DNA of 55,698 nucleotides, filler included, from Platydemus manokwari (Eukaryota): NCBI GenBank assembly GCA_037951405.1. It is 5 parts of 5 records of this genome, joined end to end, with 100 filler letters (N's around TTAATTAATTAA, not from the genome) between each part and the next. Parts side by side here need not be neighbours in the genome. Positions count along the whole stretch, not along the records: positions 29,680 to 46,136 come from JBBMOY011171433.1; positions 46,237 to 55,698 come from JBBMOY011246319.1; 3 more parts are not named here. One strand, 5' to 3'. Shown piece by piece: positions 37,901 to 50,289 of this stretch (position 1 is its first letter; each line of letters starts with the position of its first letter). The notes under the pieces were generated by a model. It saw only the letters and a program-made list of their open reading frames with translations, ran no database searches and was not told where the DNA came from. The position numbers and the translations under genes were made by a program.

Positions 37901-40900
37901 GATTCCATTTAACAATATAAATATTATTATTCGCTTTATATGCAATTCATGATAAATAATATCAATTAAAAAGATGTCAAAACTGAAGTGCAAAGGCCAT
38001 CAATATTAATCATATTTCAAGATATATTATCCAATTAGTGAATTTTTTTTTAAATATATAATAGTCGACATTTAATGCGAATATAAAATCAAGAGATGAA
38101 CAAAATTGATAAAATTTTTAATAAGTATTAACAATAATAAATATTAAAATAAATTATTAAAAATTGAAGTGCACAGGCCATCATTATTAATCATATTTTA
38201 AGATATATTATCCAATTAGTTAACATATTTTTTAATTAATTTGATTTAATGCGAATATAAAACCAAGAGATGAACAAAATTGAAAATATTTCTAATAAAC
38301 ATTAATAATAAAGCTAATAAATATTAATAATAATAAATTATTAATAGATCAATCAAATCATATCGTGGAAATATGATTGATAAAATGGAATAAATGTTAA
38401 TTAATTAATCAATATTAATTGATATTGATTAGTGATCAGAAATATTTATCATTCCTTATAAAATTTCAAAAAACATTAAAACCATATGAAAATTAAACCA
38501 CAAATAAAACCGTAACCCAATAAATCAACCTGCGAATTTTATCTAATAAAGATAGGCCAATAGGGATGTAACTATCATGTGTAAAATATTGTAACAATTG
38601 TTAAAACATATGGCTACTAATTACCGGAGAGTAATTTTCTCGATCGGTTGCAATAATTCTTCAATTTCCTTATCAACATTTATCAATTTGTAGCTGATTT
38701 CCTCCTTCAACAATGGATTAACATCGAATTGTTGTGGTTTCATATTGGTACTCTGAACCATGGGTTGGTCTCTATTAGGTTCTCTGTTTGAAGACGATTC
38801 TCTCGGTCGAGAATGCTTTGGATTTCTAGCAAATTTTTCAATTCAATTAGGACAATGAAAAAAGTCTACTTTTCACTCACGGCTGTCGATGGAGATGAAG
38901 TTTCTGGTTCTGACGAAACCGGCTTGCCGGTACGTTTTATTCTCTCCAGCAGCATTGATCTATCCTTTTCATTGAGCTGAATATTAATTGGAAATTCGAA
39001 ACATCAATACCAGACACGATAATAAGCTTACTGAATCGAGAATGTTAAATAAACCTTCTCCCATTACATTATGAGCCGAGACTAAGCAATTCAATACTGC
39101 CATACGAACACTATTATCTCTATCAGCAATTAACAATGCCACGGCTTTAAGAAGATTCTTTTGACTAAACACATCGAGTTTCTTTTCATCAATCATATTT
39201 TTTAAAAAGTCCGCACATTCTAAATTCCAATATTATACAAAACCGGATAGGGAGATTTTCAAAATTTCACCTTGTCTAACTCTAGCTACTTTGCATGTGA
39301 GATTCTCTTCCAAAATTATTGTTATCTTCAGATTATCATAACATCCCAATATGCATTTCAATATTCTCTGAGCATATGTACGCACTTGGTCTTTAGGATC
39401 ACCCATTTTGAGAATTAATTCCGAAATAAATGAATTCGCTTCTTGTTCGAATAACTGGAATGAGTTTTCCATACATAATATATTAAAAACTTTGCATAAA
39501 TATTCCAATCCTAAACACATAATTCCACACCCAATAAAATCCAGAATCAAATTTTTTATAAACACCTTTGATAAGAACAGATGGATTGGTTTCATTAAAA
39601 CGAAGCACCATCCATTTAAGAATTAAATCCAGATTTTGTTTCGTCGCTTCAATGGAATCTTTATCATCCTCCGACAGAAAATTATTCATTAAATCGATAG
39701 CTTTAATAAATTTCTTTAAATCATTGCCAAACAATAAAGCAAATAATTCTGGGGAGCAATTTGTAGAAAATTGGGAATTTAACTGTTGAGGGTTAGGTTC
39801 CCACCTAGTAATCTACAATTTAAATAAGTATTAGAAATGTTCTCCCATTTTTCCCCTCGCAAACCTTCTTTTTCCTGTCTTCTAAAATCCTTTGTTTCCT
39901 ATTGCTAGTTTTCGATAGCAATAACGATACAACTGCATCTTTGTCTCCTTGTTCAGTGGCCTTAATTAGATATAATCTTGAAGATTAAGAAAAACAAAAT
40001 TGCTGCATTGGTTAACAAAAATATTATCAGATAAACGCATAAATCAAAAAAAATATCCATTATAATGAGGAGCTATATAATTAACCATTTACAATCAAAT
40101 GAGCTAGCAATCTAACCTTTGCGATGGATTTAGTTGACTTCTAAAAGTTATTTGAAAATATAATATAGATATATTTCATTGTTAGTCATATTATCCAATT
40201 ATTTTACAGACTTTTATGATATGTTTTTTGTATAATAAAAAATGAGCCACATAAATCAAAATCATACACAAAAATAAATAATAATTTGTAAAATATTAAA
40301 AAAAAGTTTGAAAAATACACGACTAAAGATAGTGAAAGAAAAGACGTAATTCTCTGACATATGGGGATAACATAAATCCTTTAACACACACACCAAATAG
40401 GATAACAGTGCAATACTGGAAACAGAAGTTTGAAGAAACTGGAAACTTATCCACTAGGTTGCGATCAGGAAGGCCGTCTGATGAAGTCATGAAGTAAAAG
40501 GTGGTAAATTTTGTAAGAGAATGATGGCACAAATCAAAAAGAAATTGCACGAGTGTTACAAACTTCTGTTCACAGATTTCTCAATGAAGAAAAAATAAAA
40601 CCTTTCAAATATTCTTTATTTTAGTTTTAGAGATAGAGACTTGTGAATCACACGGTATATATATATATAATATCTTGAACTGGATTGTAATAAAAATGAA
40701 TATCCGCATTAATTTTGATATTCTTTTGTGAAAAATTTTAATAAAATTACCTTAGATTCGTCTTTTTTAGGCTTATTAACAGATTCCGTCGATTTCTTAT
40801 TCGATGCGGCTTCCTTACCAGCTGGCGGTTTTGAGTTATTGCTTGGGGTTTTTGTTGGTTGTTTATTAACATTCAATTCCGGTGCTGGCAATTCGGCTTT

Positions 40901-43900
40901 GGCTTTGTCTAATAATGGAAGGACAGTGTCTTTAGCGGGATTTTTTGCATTGTTTTTGCGAAGTTTCAACATCAACTTAAATTATGATATTTCAATACCA
41001 AATAACACGAGAGAGGATAACTAACATCATAACCAAATACCATCATAAATGGCAGAACAGCTTCTTTAGAACTTTCTCGAACTTCCTTATTTCTATCTTC
41101 AATAGCCGAGTATAAAAGTGGTAATATTTCTGAAGAGAACTCGGGATAAAGAGCCTTTTTGGCTGCTTTATTTTCAGATAATTTTTTCAAATGTGGAGCA
41201 ATCCAGGAAAAAATTGCATCTTTCAAATAAGGTTTGTCGCCTTTTAAAGCATCAGTAATCATGCTCCCATCGACAATAGCAGGGAAGCCAACTTTTTCAG
41301 TCCACACATTAAGAGCTGCAACTGATTCTTCACGACTTTTCGGTTTTGGATCATTGCAGCTTAGTAATAGAGCCGGAATAACAACTCTATTTTAACAATT
41401 AGACAACCATGATCAAATTACATGATTATACTTCACAAATCTTTCTGCATCTTTCTTAGTTAGGGCGTTGCACATTGTAACGAGAATATTGAGTGACATT
41501 TTACTGATGACAGAGCTTGAATCGCTTGCATTTTTAGCTATAACTACTACAAACGCTTGCAAGCCGTCTCCAGAAATACCAGAATAACCACCAATCATTT
41601 TAGTAACTTCTTCGAGTGCTTCTCGTTTTATTTTTATCGTTTTATCCGCTAATTGAGAGAGAAGATTTTCAGTAATTCGATTACTGATTTAAAATAAAAT
41701 ATTAATCATAGTTTCAGATTCAAATTTATTTTAGAAATAAATATAATTTTATATTAAAATAGTAACCTTATGTTTTCTCTAGGGATCATTTCTTCTAAAT
41801 CAATTTCTGGAACAGCAGGAACTGCCGAACCTTCAGTTTCTGCATTCGAATCCTCAGTTGCGGCTGGATTATTTTTTAAACCCTTTGTTGGTGCTGGAGG
41901 ATTCACAGACTTAAGAGACTCAATTTCCTGATCAATTAACTGTTTGATAGAGCTTTTTTCATCTTTCAAAAGATTGGAAATCACATCCCGAACATAGAGA
42001 GAGATAGTTCCAGTTAGTTTAATTCCCGACTGTCGAACTATGGGGCTTGTATGTTGAATTGCGAGTCGGATAAAAGGAAGAATATCGTTAATAGGGATTC
42101 TACAAAAGTAAAGGATAATCAATAATTTCATAATAATTATATAATTAAGGCATCTTGTTCTTTTTAAACTCTAAATAATTGTTGAGGGTCTAGAAAAAAT
42201 AGAAAAAAAAATATCTGGTCATAGTTTGGTTAATTGTACAAGACAAAATCCTTAATCCTTGTGAGGTAAAACAATTGTGAAAAAACAAGAAATTCTGATT
42301 AAATATTGCTTTATAGACAACGGGGAAAATGTTATAATAAGAACATATTCAATGAAGATAATTTCTATCTATTTTTCATAGCAGATAAAGGCTAATTAGA
42401 AATAATACAGAAGCCCGAATAGTGAAACATCTTTCAATAGTTATTTATTGTAATGCTTATATATAAAATATAATTTATTTTGAGTATAAAATATCTATGA
42501 ATTTTTAAATATCTTTAATTCAATGAGCAATAAAAGCTTCTGGAAAGATTAAAACTATTAAAAAATCAAATTACTTAAAGCCAAAATCTTTAATAGCATC
42601 ACTAAGCCAATTAAGAGCCTCGGTAAGATTTTTAATATTAACGTTTTCGGATGCTGTTTTAATGACTTGATTTGCTACAATCGGTAGATTTAATGCATCA
42701 CTCATTTCCGTTAGAGTGCTTTTCACATTCTCACTGTTTTTAATATCTCCAATCTTTTCCGTTAGATCTCCAATACACATCTCGGCAGTTGTCCATGTTA
42801 ATTTACCACTCATCACAATATCTTTGATGAGCTCAATTTTCGATTTAATTACCTAAACAAATAAATATTTCAAAACCATCATTTATAATTAGCAGCAATA
42901 ATGATATTCATTTTCCTATCAATATCCTAACGATGCGTCCAAATAATCATGAAATAAACATTCTCAAGTTATCAGAAAACAATTAATGAAAAAATTATCA
43001 AAAAAATTATAAGAATTAATAAGAAATTTCTTTATCTTTTCAACAATATAAATAACAGTTCTATGTTGTCAAAAATGTTCTAAATTCTCACAGGAAATTT
43101 AGTTTCCTTCTGTCTACTTAAATGCTCTATATTTCCTGATTGTTTTTAATTCTTTTGATTATCAAAAAAATAGTTTTTTTAATTCTAAAATGTGATTGAT
43201 TAAATGCACGAATATTTATTAGTCCACATATTTCTGTCTTCTATTTCACATCTAAAATAAGTAATTTAAGAGAGAATGATTGCTCTTTCAGAGATATGTT
43301 TGTAGATATTAACTATTGAATTTTATAGAAAGTGTTCGCCAAAGTATTTCAGTGTACAAATTAACATCCTTAAGTAAATTGAGTTATCCTTTAAATTTCA
43401 GAAATATATTTTCACAGCATAATTTTGTTGCTTGATAAATTATTATTAACCGAGAGGCAATAGCATATATTTATATCCAATGATTTAATGGTGGTTATTT
43501 TTCTATTTTGGAACTGTTTTTAATTCTATTTATCTATAAAATATTTTCAACTTAAATAAATTTCAGCTTTAAATAATGCCTCATTATAAATTCTGAATTT
43601 GAGAACAATTAATGTTTACTTTTCTCTAGCTACGTATGAAGTGTTTGGATATTAAATAATAAAACATTGGTGAATTTACGAGAATAAATTGGGCAAGTTA
43701 AATCTTGATGGACTAAATCATTGGATTTAACAGAAAATTTGTTTAATATATGTACACTAACCATTCATAAAACGCATTAACATAATGGATAACGTAAGAA
43801 ATCTATTAACTCCATGTCATTCATATTACTATTAAAATAATACGTGAATAATGATGATTCTTCATTTTAAATTCATTTCTTATGAAGTATCGACAAATCT

Positions 43901-45417
43901 GATAACACAATCTCGTATATAGTGCGTGTGAGAATATTAATATTATTTTTCATTATAATATGAATGACAATATCCTTTATTGGTTGAGTTTGGTTATCAA
44001 TTTCTATGGACCTATGATTAATGACCAAAAATGTTCTTTTGAAGAGAAGGGATAAAGAAAAACTGTTAAAAATACAGTTCATGTTTTGTTGTTTTGTCTA
44101 GCTGGAAACTAGTTGAGCACAAGTGGCTAGCGATCAATCTATTGAGCCCTTACGGAAACTTGAATTTGTTGTAACATTGTTTGAAAAATATTGGTGTAAT
44201 GACAAGTAATATATTGTAGCGAATGTAACATTAAGTGTATCAAATATAATTGATTAAAATGATGCATTTATTACATCTCAAAAGCAATTGAATGATGATA
44301 TTGTAGAATTATTGAATCTCATATTTGTAATAATGAGACATTTTATATCAACATTATCAATTATCAATTATTATCTACATACAGAATTATAAAGGAAAAT
44401 CAATGATTCCAAACCCTTTCACATTTCAGACCCTATCCGTGCAACTCAACTAATAATATATAAAATCATCACAACATTGACAGTTGTTTTTCTGATAAAT
44501 TGATCAGATAAATGATTGAAAAATGTATATAAATTATAAATAATAATAATATTATGATAAACAACATGAATCAATGATCACACTCACCTGAACATTATTA
44601 TCTTTAAGACCGGGTTTGAGTAAAATCAATTTCATTATCAATTGACAGGGTATTTCGGATGGTACTTGGCTTTTAACGTATTTTTGCAACGTTTCCAATG
44701 CCAACGATCGTTCTTTCCAATTTTTGTCTGCAATTTGAGTCAGGAAGGCCTCGCCGAAAATTCTACAGAATTCAATAAATATAGTATCTCTTAAAGCTTA
44801 GATCATACTCTGTGGCTTTCATATTAACTTCATCATCACTCATAAGTGATTCTGTGGGTATTTCTGGTACTTTTGCTGCTGCTTGTTTCTGTTGCTTAGG
44901 CACGGGTTTCTTAGCTGCGGTCTTTGCAGGACCTGCTGGCTTTTTCTGAGATTCTGGAGGATTTTCAGGTTTCTTTGGTTCAGGCTCTTTCTGTGCTGGA
45001 GCTACAAAATATCACATCAATTTCATATAATTGAATTCACAATCAATTACCACTGACAACAGGTGCTGTTGAACCAACTGGGGTTTGATTTTCCATTTTT
45101 GCTTTCTCATAAAACTCATTTATTCGAGCCATCTTCACATTATCCATTTTATCGAGAAATGGTTTCAATTTCTTCTCGGAAACAACTTTCATTGCAGTGC
45201 CTAATGTTTGAAATGAAGCATCTCGCACTTCTGGTGTGCTGTCAAGACATAATTTGGTGAGATTGGGCATCAATTGTTTTAATATTTTCACAGTTAATGT
45301 TTCAGGTGAACATTTTTCAAAAACTCGATTTAAAAACATAGCTGTTTCAGATCTGACACTCGGTGTTTTGTGATCTAAAGCATTCACAATCTCTTCCATA
45401 CATGCTTCAAATGTTGT
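34914..45417 (-). CDS. CKAP5: CKAP5/ch-TOG/XMAP215 microtubule polymerase, partial (end of TOG2 to C-terminus), about 20 exons
   Basis: TOG HEAT motifs LDHKTPSVRSET, DSTPEVRDASFQTLG, IADKNWKER, KPGLKDNNVQV, LNWLSDAIKDFGF, WMVLRFNETNPSVLIKGLEYL, DRDNSVRMAVLNC, LNEKDRSMLLERIKR, DVPLRTVKTL, IFGKIG..GLNDLYDFK and terminal LKQRFEALKRPN*. GT-AG exons include 45417-45051, 45001-44809, 44762-44588, 42852-42575, 42099-41767, 41683-41432, 41386-41026, 40975-40751, 40140-40117, 39960-39865, 39812-39566, 39510-39271, 39219-39032, 38976-38881 and 38825-38625. Confidence 0.97.
37980..38320. repeat. Two-copy tandem duplication (~181-bp unit) in a CKAP5 intron
   Basis: TGAAGTGCA.AGGCCATCA.TATTAATCATATTT..AGATATATTATCCAATTAGT...TTTAATGCGAATATAAAA.CAAGAGATGAACAAAATTGA occurs at ~37984 and ~38165. 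Confidence 0.85.
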
Positions 45418-46136
45418 CTGTTTATATAAATGTCAATATAAATGTTATAAATAAATAATATCAATGACGCTATGAATTGAATAATGGATTCGATTATTAT
45501 TTTATTCATTTCAAATCACAATTATTATATGAGTGTGAAATATGAGTGTAAAAATTCATTACTTGACCACAATCTGTGCAAATTACTTCACTTGATAAAA
45601 GATTGTGGTGTTTTAACCAATTAATAACAGATAAAGGATCTTCGCTCAAAAGAGGGGAAAGTACATCTTGAAAAGTATTTCGAAAAATTAAAGAGTATTT
45701 AAAATGAATTAAACTAAATAAACAGGATTGAATATAAGTAGATGTTTAAAACACAATAGGTTTATTAAATATGTGCAACTGAAGGAACTCCTCCTTCAAC
45801 TTGAATCAATTGAATTAAAAAAAAAATTAATTGATCAATTAAATTAATTTATTAACTCGACTATTAATTAAATACAAATATTAATTGAATTTAAATAATT
45901 AATTAATTCATAAATTAAATATTAATTAAATAAATCATAAAATAAATATTAATTGAATTTAAATAATTAATTGATTAATTAAGTGAAAATTAAATTAATC
46001 AATCGATATTATATAGATATTATTTATAATTTAATGAAAATAAATTGAATTATTAATTAATAAAATTAGTCAATAATACTCATTAATATTAATGGCAACA
46101 TCGAATTGAGTATTAATAAAATTTATTAATTCAATT

Positions 46137-46236
46137 NNNNNNNNNNNNNNNNNNNNNNNNNNNNNNNNNNNNNNNNNNNNTTAATTAATTAANNNNNNNN
46201 NNNNNNNNNNNNNNNNNNNNNNNNNNNNNNNNNNNN
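46137..46236. other. Assembly gap with linker
   Basis: 44 N + TTAATTAATTAA + 44 N; preceded by ~300 bp of nearly pure A/T. Confidence 0.98.
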
Positions 46237-47152
46237 TTTGATCACTGTTGATGTTTATTATTAATTTATAAATATCGTATGATAACAAAAACAGGATCTA
46301 TTGATCAATGAGATGTACAGTTTAAGTAAGCGGTGTTCTCACAATTGATGAAAAAGCATTCTAAAATAATGCATTTATTATCATTGTTTCAGTCATTTCA
46401 TATAACCAATGATATGTAATTCATTTTGCTCGAAATACATTTATTCCATGATAAATTGGTTTTTTATTATCATGAGTAATGGGTTATTAAAGATTTATTA
46501 TATCAGAATTTTAAACAATGTCTTTTATATTTCCTGTGAATATCGTCTAGTTACAAAATATTTACCAAACATTAATGATATATATATATAACCGATTTAT
46601 TTAGAAAAAATATCTTCACACTTGCCGTAAAAAACCACTAAAACGAAAATGGAATCACAAAACTAAAAGACTTTCAAAATATGGTTTTTTATTGAGTCTG
46701 GCAATTTTAAGAATCGTTTATCGTTTATAAACTCAACTCACAATTTTGTAGAAAAAAATTGCCTTTCATATTCATTAACGATATAAGAATAAGTAATTAA
46801 AATTACAGTTCCAGTAATTTTAATAAAATTTATTGAGTTAAGCTCAAGCAAAATAACAAATACATCGAGTGAAATTTTCAAGTGAACCAATTTCCAGAGT
46901 AAATAAGTGTGTCATTATTAATATGAAACCAGTTAGAATTTTACCAAAAGAATTAAATGGAAAAACATTTTAAATAAACATCAATATTTAGACAGTAGAA
47001 TTTCCACTCAATCAGTCATGTTTTTGTTATTTCAAACCAATTTGAAGTAAACGAAATAAGTGCCCAAATCAATTGCAACATATTCTCTCGTCAAACTCTG
47101 AGTATTTAATCGAGTTTATCTCAAGATAACGTAACAACTTATCATTGTCACA

Positions 47153-47415
47153 ATGTCGAAAGTACTTGATTATCTATATTTTAAAATAATTTATTAAGAT
47201 TTTAGATTATTATTTTGTTCGTATTGGTGTTCATTGCTTCAATTGTTGTTGACGCACTGTCTTATACAGATTCCCCTAAACAATATTTCAATCTTATTAT
47301 TGATACATGTACGAAAAATGCATTTCGTTGTTACATCAAATGTAAACCAAAGACCCCAGAGTGTTCCAACGCATGTCATAAGCAATTCGAAGATTGTACA
47401 AAGAAATCCAGCTGA
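47153..47415 (+). CDS. Small secreted six-cysteine peptide (72 aa); exons 47153-47161 and 47206-47415
   Basis: ATG TCG AAA | 44-bp GT..AG intron | ATT ATT ATT TTG gives MSKIIILFVLVFIASIVVDA (signal peptide) + LSYTDSPKQYFNLIIDTCTKNAFRCYIKCKPKTPECSNACHKQFEDCTKKSS*; AATAAA at ~47460. Confidence 0.85.
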
Positions 47416-47995
47416 AAATTGAAATAATTTTCAAGCTTTTCTCAAAGAAAAATTATTCTAATAAATTTTAGAATATTTTAATCATAAAATTATAGTTCAG
47501 TTATTATTATCCGGTTTAAATTATTTGATTTCATATTTTATCTGAACAAAGCAGTCAATTGGCAACTTATACAACCGTGTTGCGATTATTTCAATTGAGA
47601 TCGCAAGCATATGTGTTTGTTATGAATAAACTGTCATAATAATCAGACATAAATGTTTTTCAAAATGGCAATGCAAAGCACATTCTTCAATGGCTTTTCA
47701 ATTTTTACAAAATTTACGCAAAATTTTTCAAAATCACATTCGTTCAAATAAATCAAAACCCAAAACAATACGAATTTCTTCAAATTCGATAAACTGAATT
47801 TATTAAAATAAAATTGTTAGAATATGAACTTATCCGAATAAGTAAAAGAAAAATTAAATAAAAATATAATCTAAAATAAAATTTTAAAAATCAAGTTTAT
47901 TAGTGTCAAATACAATGTTTAACCCTTGCAACTAGTACAGATTTATACCTATGATTATGATTAAATGCTTACGTCAAATAACAATTTGACGTAAG

Positions 47996-48192
47996 CAACA
48001 TGAAATCAAACAAAGACACTCACATCATACATTTCCATATCTCTTACAATATGATCCTATGAAAATGAAGCAGCTGTAAAACGTTTAATAGATAAAATAT
48101 TAAACGTTTTACAGCTGCTTCATTTTCATAGGATCATATTGTAAGCGATATAGAAATCCATGATGTGAGTGTGTTTGTTTGATTTCATGTTG
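47996..48192. repeat. Fold-back palindrome / MITE-like element (95-bp arms, 7-bp spacer)
   Basis: 47996-48090 is the reverse complement of 48098-48192 with 5 mismatches by eye; spacer GATAAAA. Confidence 0.95.
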
Positions 48193-48688
48193 AATAAATA
48201 AGATGAGCCGTTACTATAAATTCCTATTATGAATTTTAAAAAGTATTAAAAAATTTAATAAACTGCTTGTTTCTCTTGATATGCCTCAATTATATCTTTC
48301 TCTGAAATATATTACAAAATAAACACAATATTTCATATATAAATACTTGTCGTTACAATTTCTTTTCTAGTTAATTGGATTATTTAGTGGGTGCATAATA
48401 ATCATACATTATTAAAATGAAGAATTTTGTTGTATTTAAACAGGATCTTAAATGGACTGGTCTCAAAACTTAATTGATGATGAAGAAAGATTGATTTTAA
48501 TACTTTATAATTAAAAGAGAGATATAAGCAATATGAAATTTTGCTATAAAATATAAACCCATTTGAATGTAGTTTATTTCCGAAAATAAATTGGTTATTA
48601 AACTGAGATAGTCCAAACTAGTTATAGCATTATATTGTATGAATGTAGACAGCTATAAATTTCAAATAAATTTTTGATATTAAATTTA

Positions 48689-49290
48689 TTGGGTTGTTGC
48701 ATAAGTTCCTGCTTATTTTGAATCATTTATTTTCAAAGAAATCAGAGAATTTTAGCAGCAAACATAATAACACTTCAATCAATTATGTACTCTCTTTCAT
48801 TTTTCACTATTACCTCAATCTTTTCACCAGTTTGTTGATTCCAATTCGCAGGAAATTCATAGGTTGAATCTTGAAGACGTTGTTTTAATCAATTGTCAAG
48901 ATAATATTGATTTGCTAGGTTAAAACCCTTCATTTCATTTGAAAGGCAGATGAAGAATAGGAAAGATATTGAAGGACATCTCAAATGCCATATTTACATG
49001 TTTTGCGTTGTGTCGTAGAGCATTGTCGCCTAGTCTTATCGATCCGGTCTTTTTTGTTGAATTGTCTCATTGATTCGATGCAATTGAGCTCTAAAAAAAT
49101 TCTTCTCTTCTATTCATGTTCTTTCCAAGTATTTCCCAGTGGAGTAATAGACCTTCTCAAATCTTTGTATTCATCTGGCTTATACTTCTCTCCAGGATTC
49201 GCCCACTTTTTCCTAGCTTCATATTCATATAGAGACACCATACCTCATCTCCAGTGATGATTCTGCTTAAGAAACGTTGTCTCTCATTCT
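48689..49290 (-). mobile_element. Decayed mariner fragment with one TIR
   Basis: TA + TTGGGTTGTTGCATAAGTTCC; minus strand reads RFLSRIITGDEVWCLY (first catalytic D) and a C-terminal GINKLVKR..EYIID*; internal deletions. Confidence 0.85.
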
Positions 49291-50289
49291 ATTATTGTAA
49301 AATAGAAACATATGAATAAAAATTACAACAACTAACAAATCAGTGTTGACGTCATCAATCAATAAAACTATTACAATTTTAAACAATCAAATTGTATTAA
49401 ATTTACTAAAAATTGCTTATATTATATTTATTAAAAACGATCAGAATCGAGAAAAATCTTTGTTTTAAAAATTTCAGATTTATATGTCGAATATAATCAT
49501 CATAAAAATAGAAAAATAATAGAAATTTTAATGATATTTGCGGTATTTATTAAATAAACAATCAAAAGTTTAATATTTAAATTAGGATTCTGGCATATGT
49601 AGAGAAATAAATCATATTCTGATATAATTATTTTTTATATTATATAAACAAATATACAAGCTTTTTATTGGTGAATTGCGTCTCTATAAAATTTCATGAA
49701 TTGCTTTATTCGAATGACCAAATTTGCCCAAGCTTAAATCAGAGAGAAGAAATATATTGAAGATTCCAATATTGTGATGACTTTATTGATTGATAAATGA
49801 TTTAGAAATTATAGCCATAAAAAGACGTAAATATTTCCACAATGATATACCTTGATTGGGTGTTCTGGAAAAATTACTTTGTGGGTTGAATCTCTTAATA
49901 TGTATGCAATTCGCATTTGTCAATATGGAAGTAGCGAACAGTTCGTGCAAAAATATTATAAAACTTTCAAGGTGTTCAAAATTAAATTCAAATAATTTAA
50001 TTATTTATGAGTCAATAAACTGATCGATAAAATCGATTAATTAGAATAAAAATTAATAAATGAATTGAAACGTGACTCAAAAATTCAAAATTAATTGTGA
50101 CAAAGACAGTTTAATCTCATTAAGGTATTTTAGTAATAGTCCCAATCGATTATTTATTTGAAATTTAGTGTCATGTTTGTTATCGAAATGATACACTTTA
50201 AACTATTAAGATCATAGTTATACATCGGCATATTTCTATGAGGACGTAATGAAGTGCATTATTGAATAATTTGTGCGGTATTGATTTTG

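Noticed and set aside
45820-46136. Nearly pure A/T tract with short repeats and palindromes
   Set aside because: Low-complexity intronic sequence; such palindromes are expected by chance.
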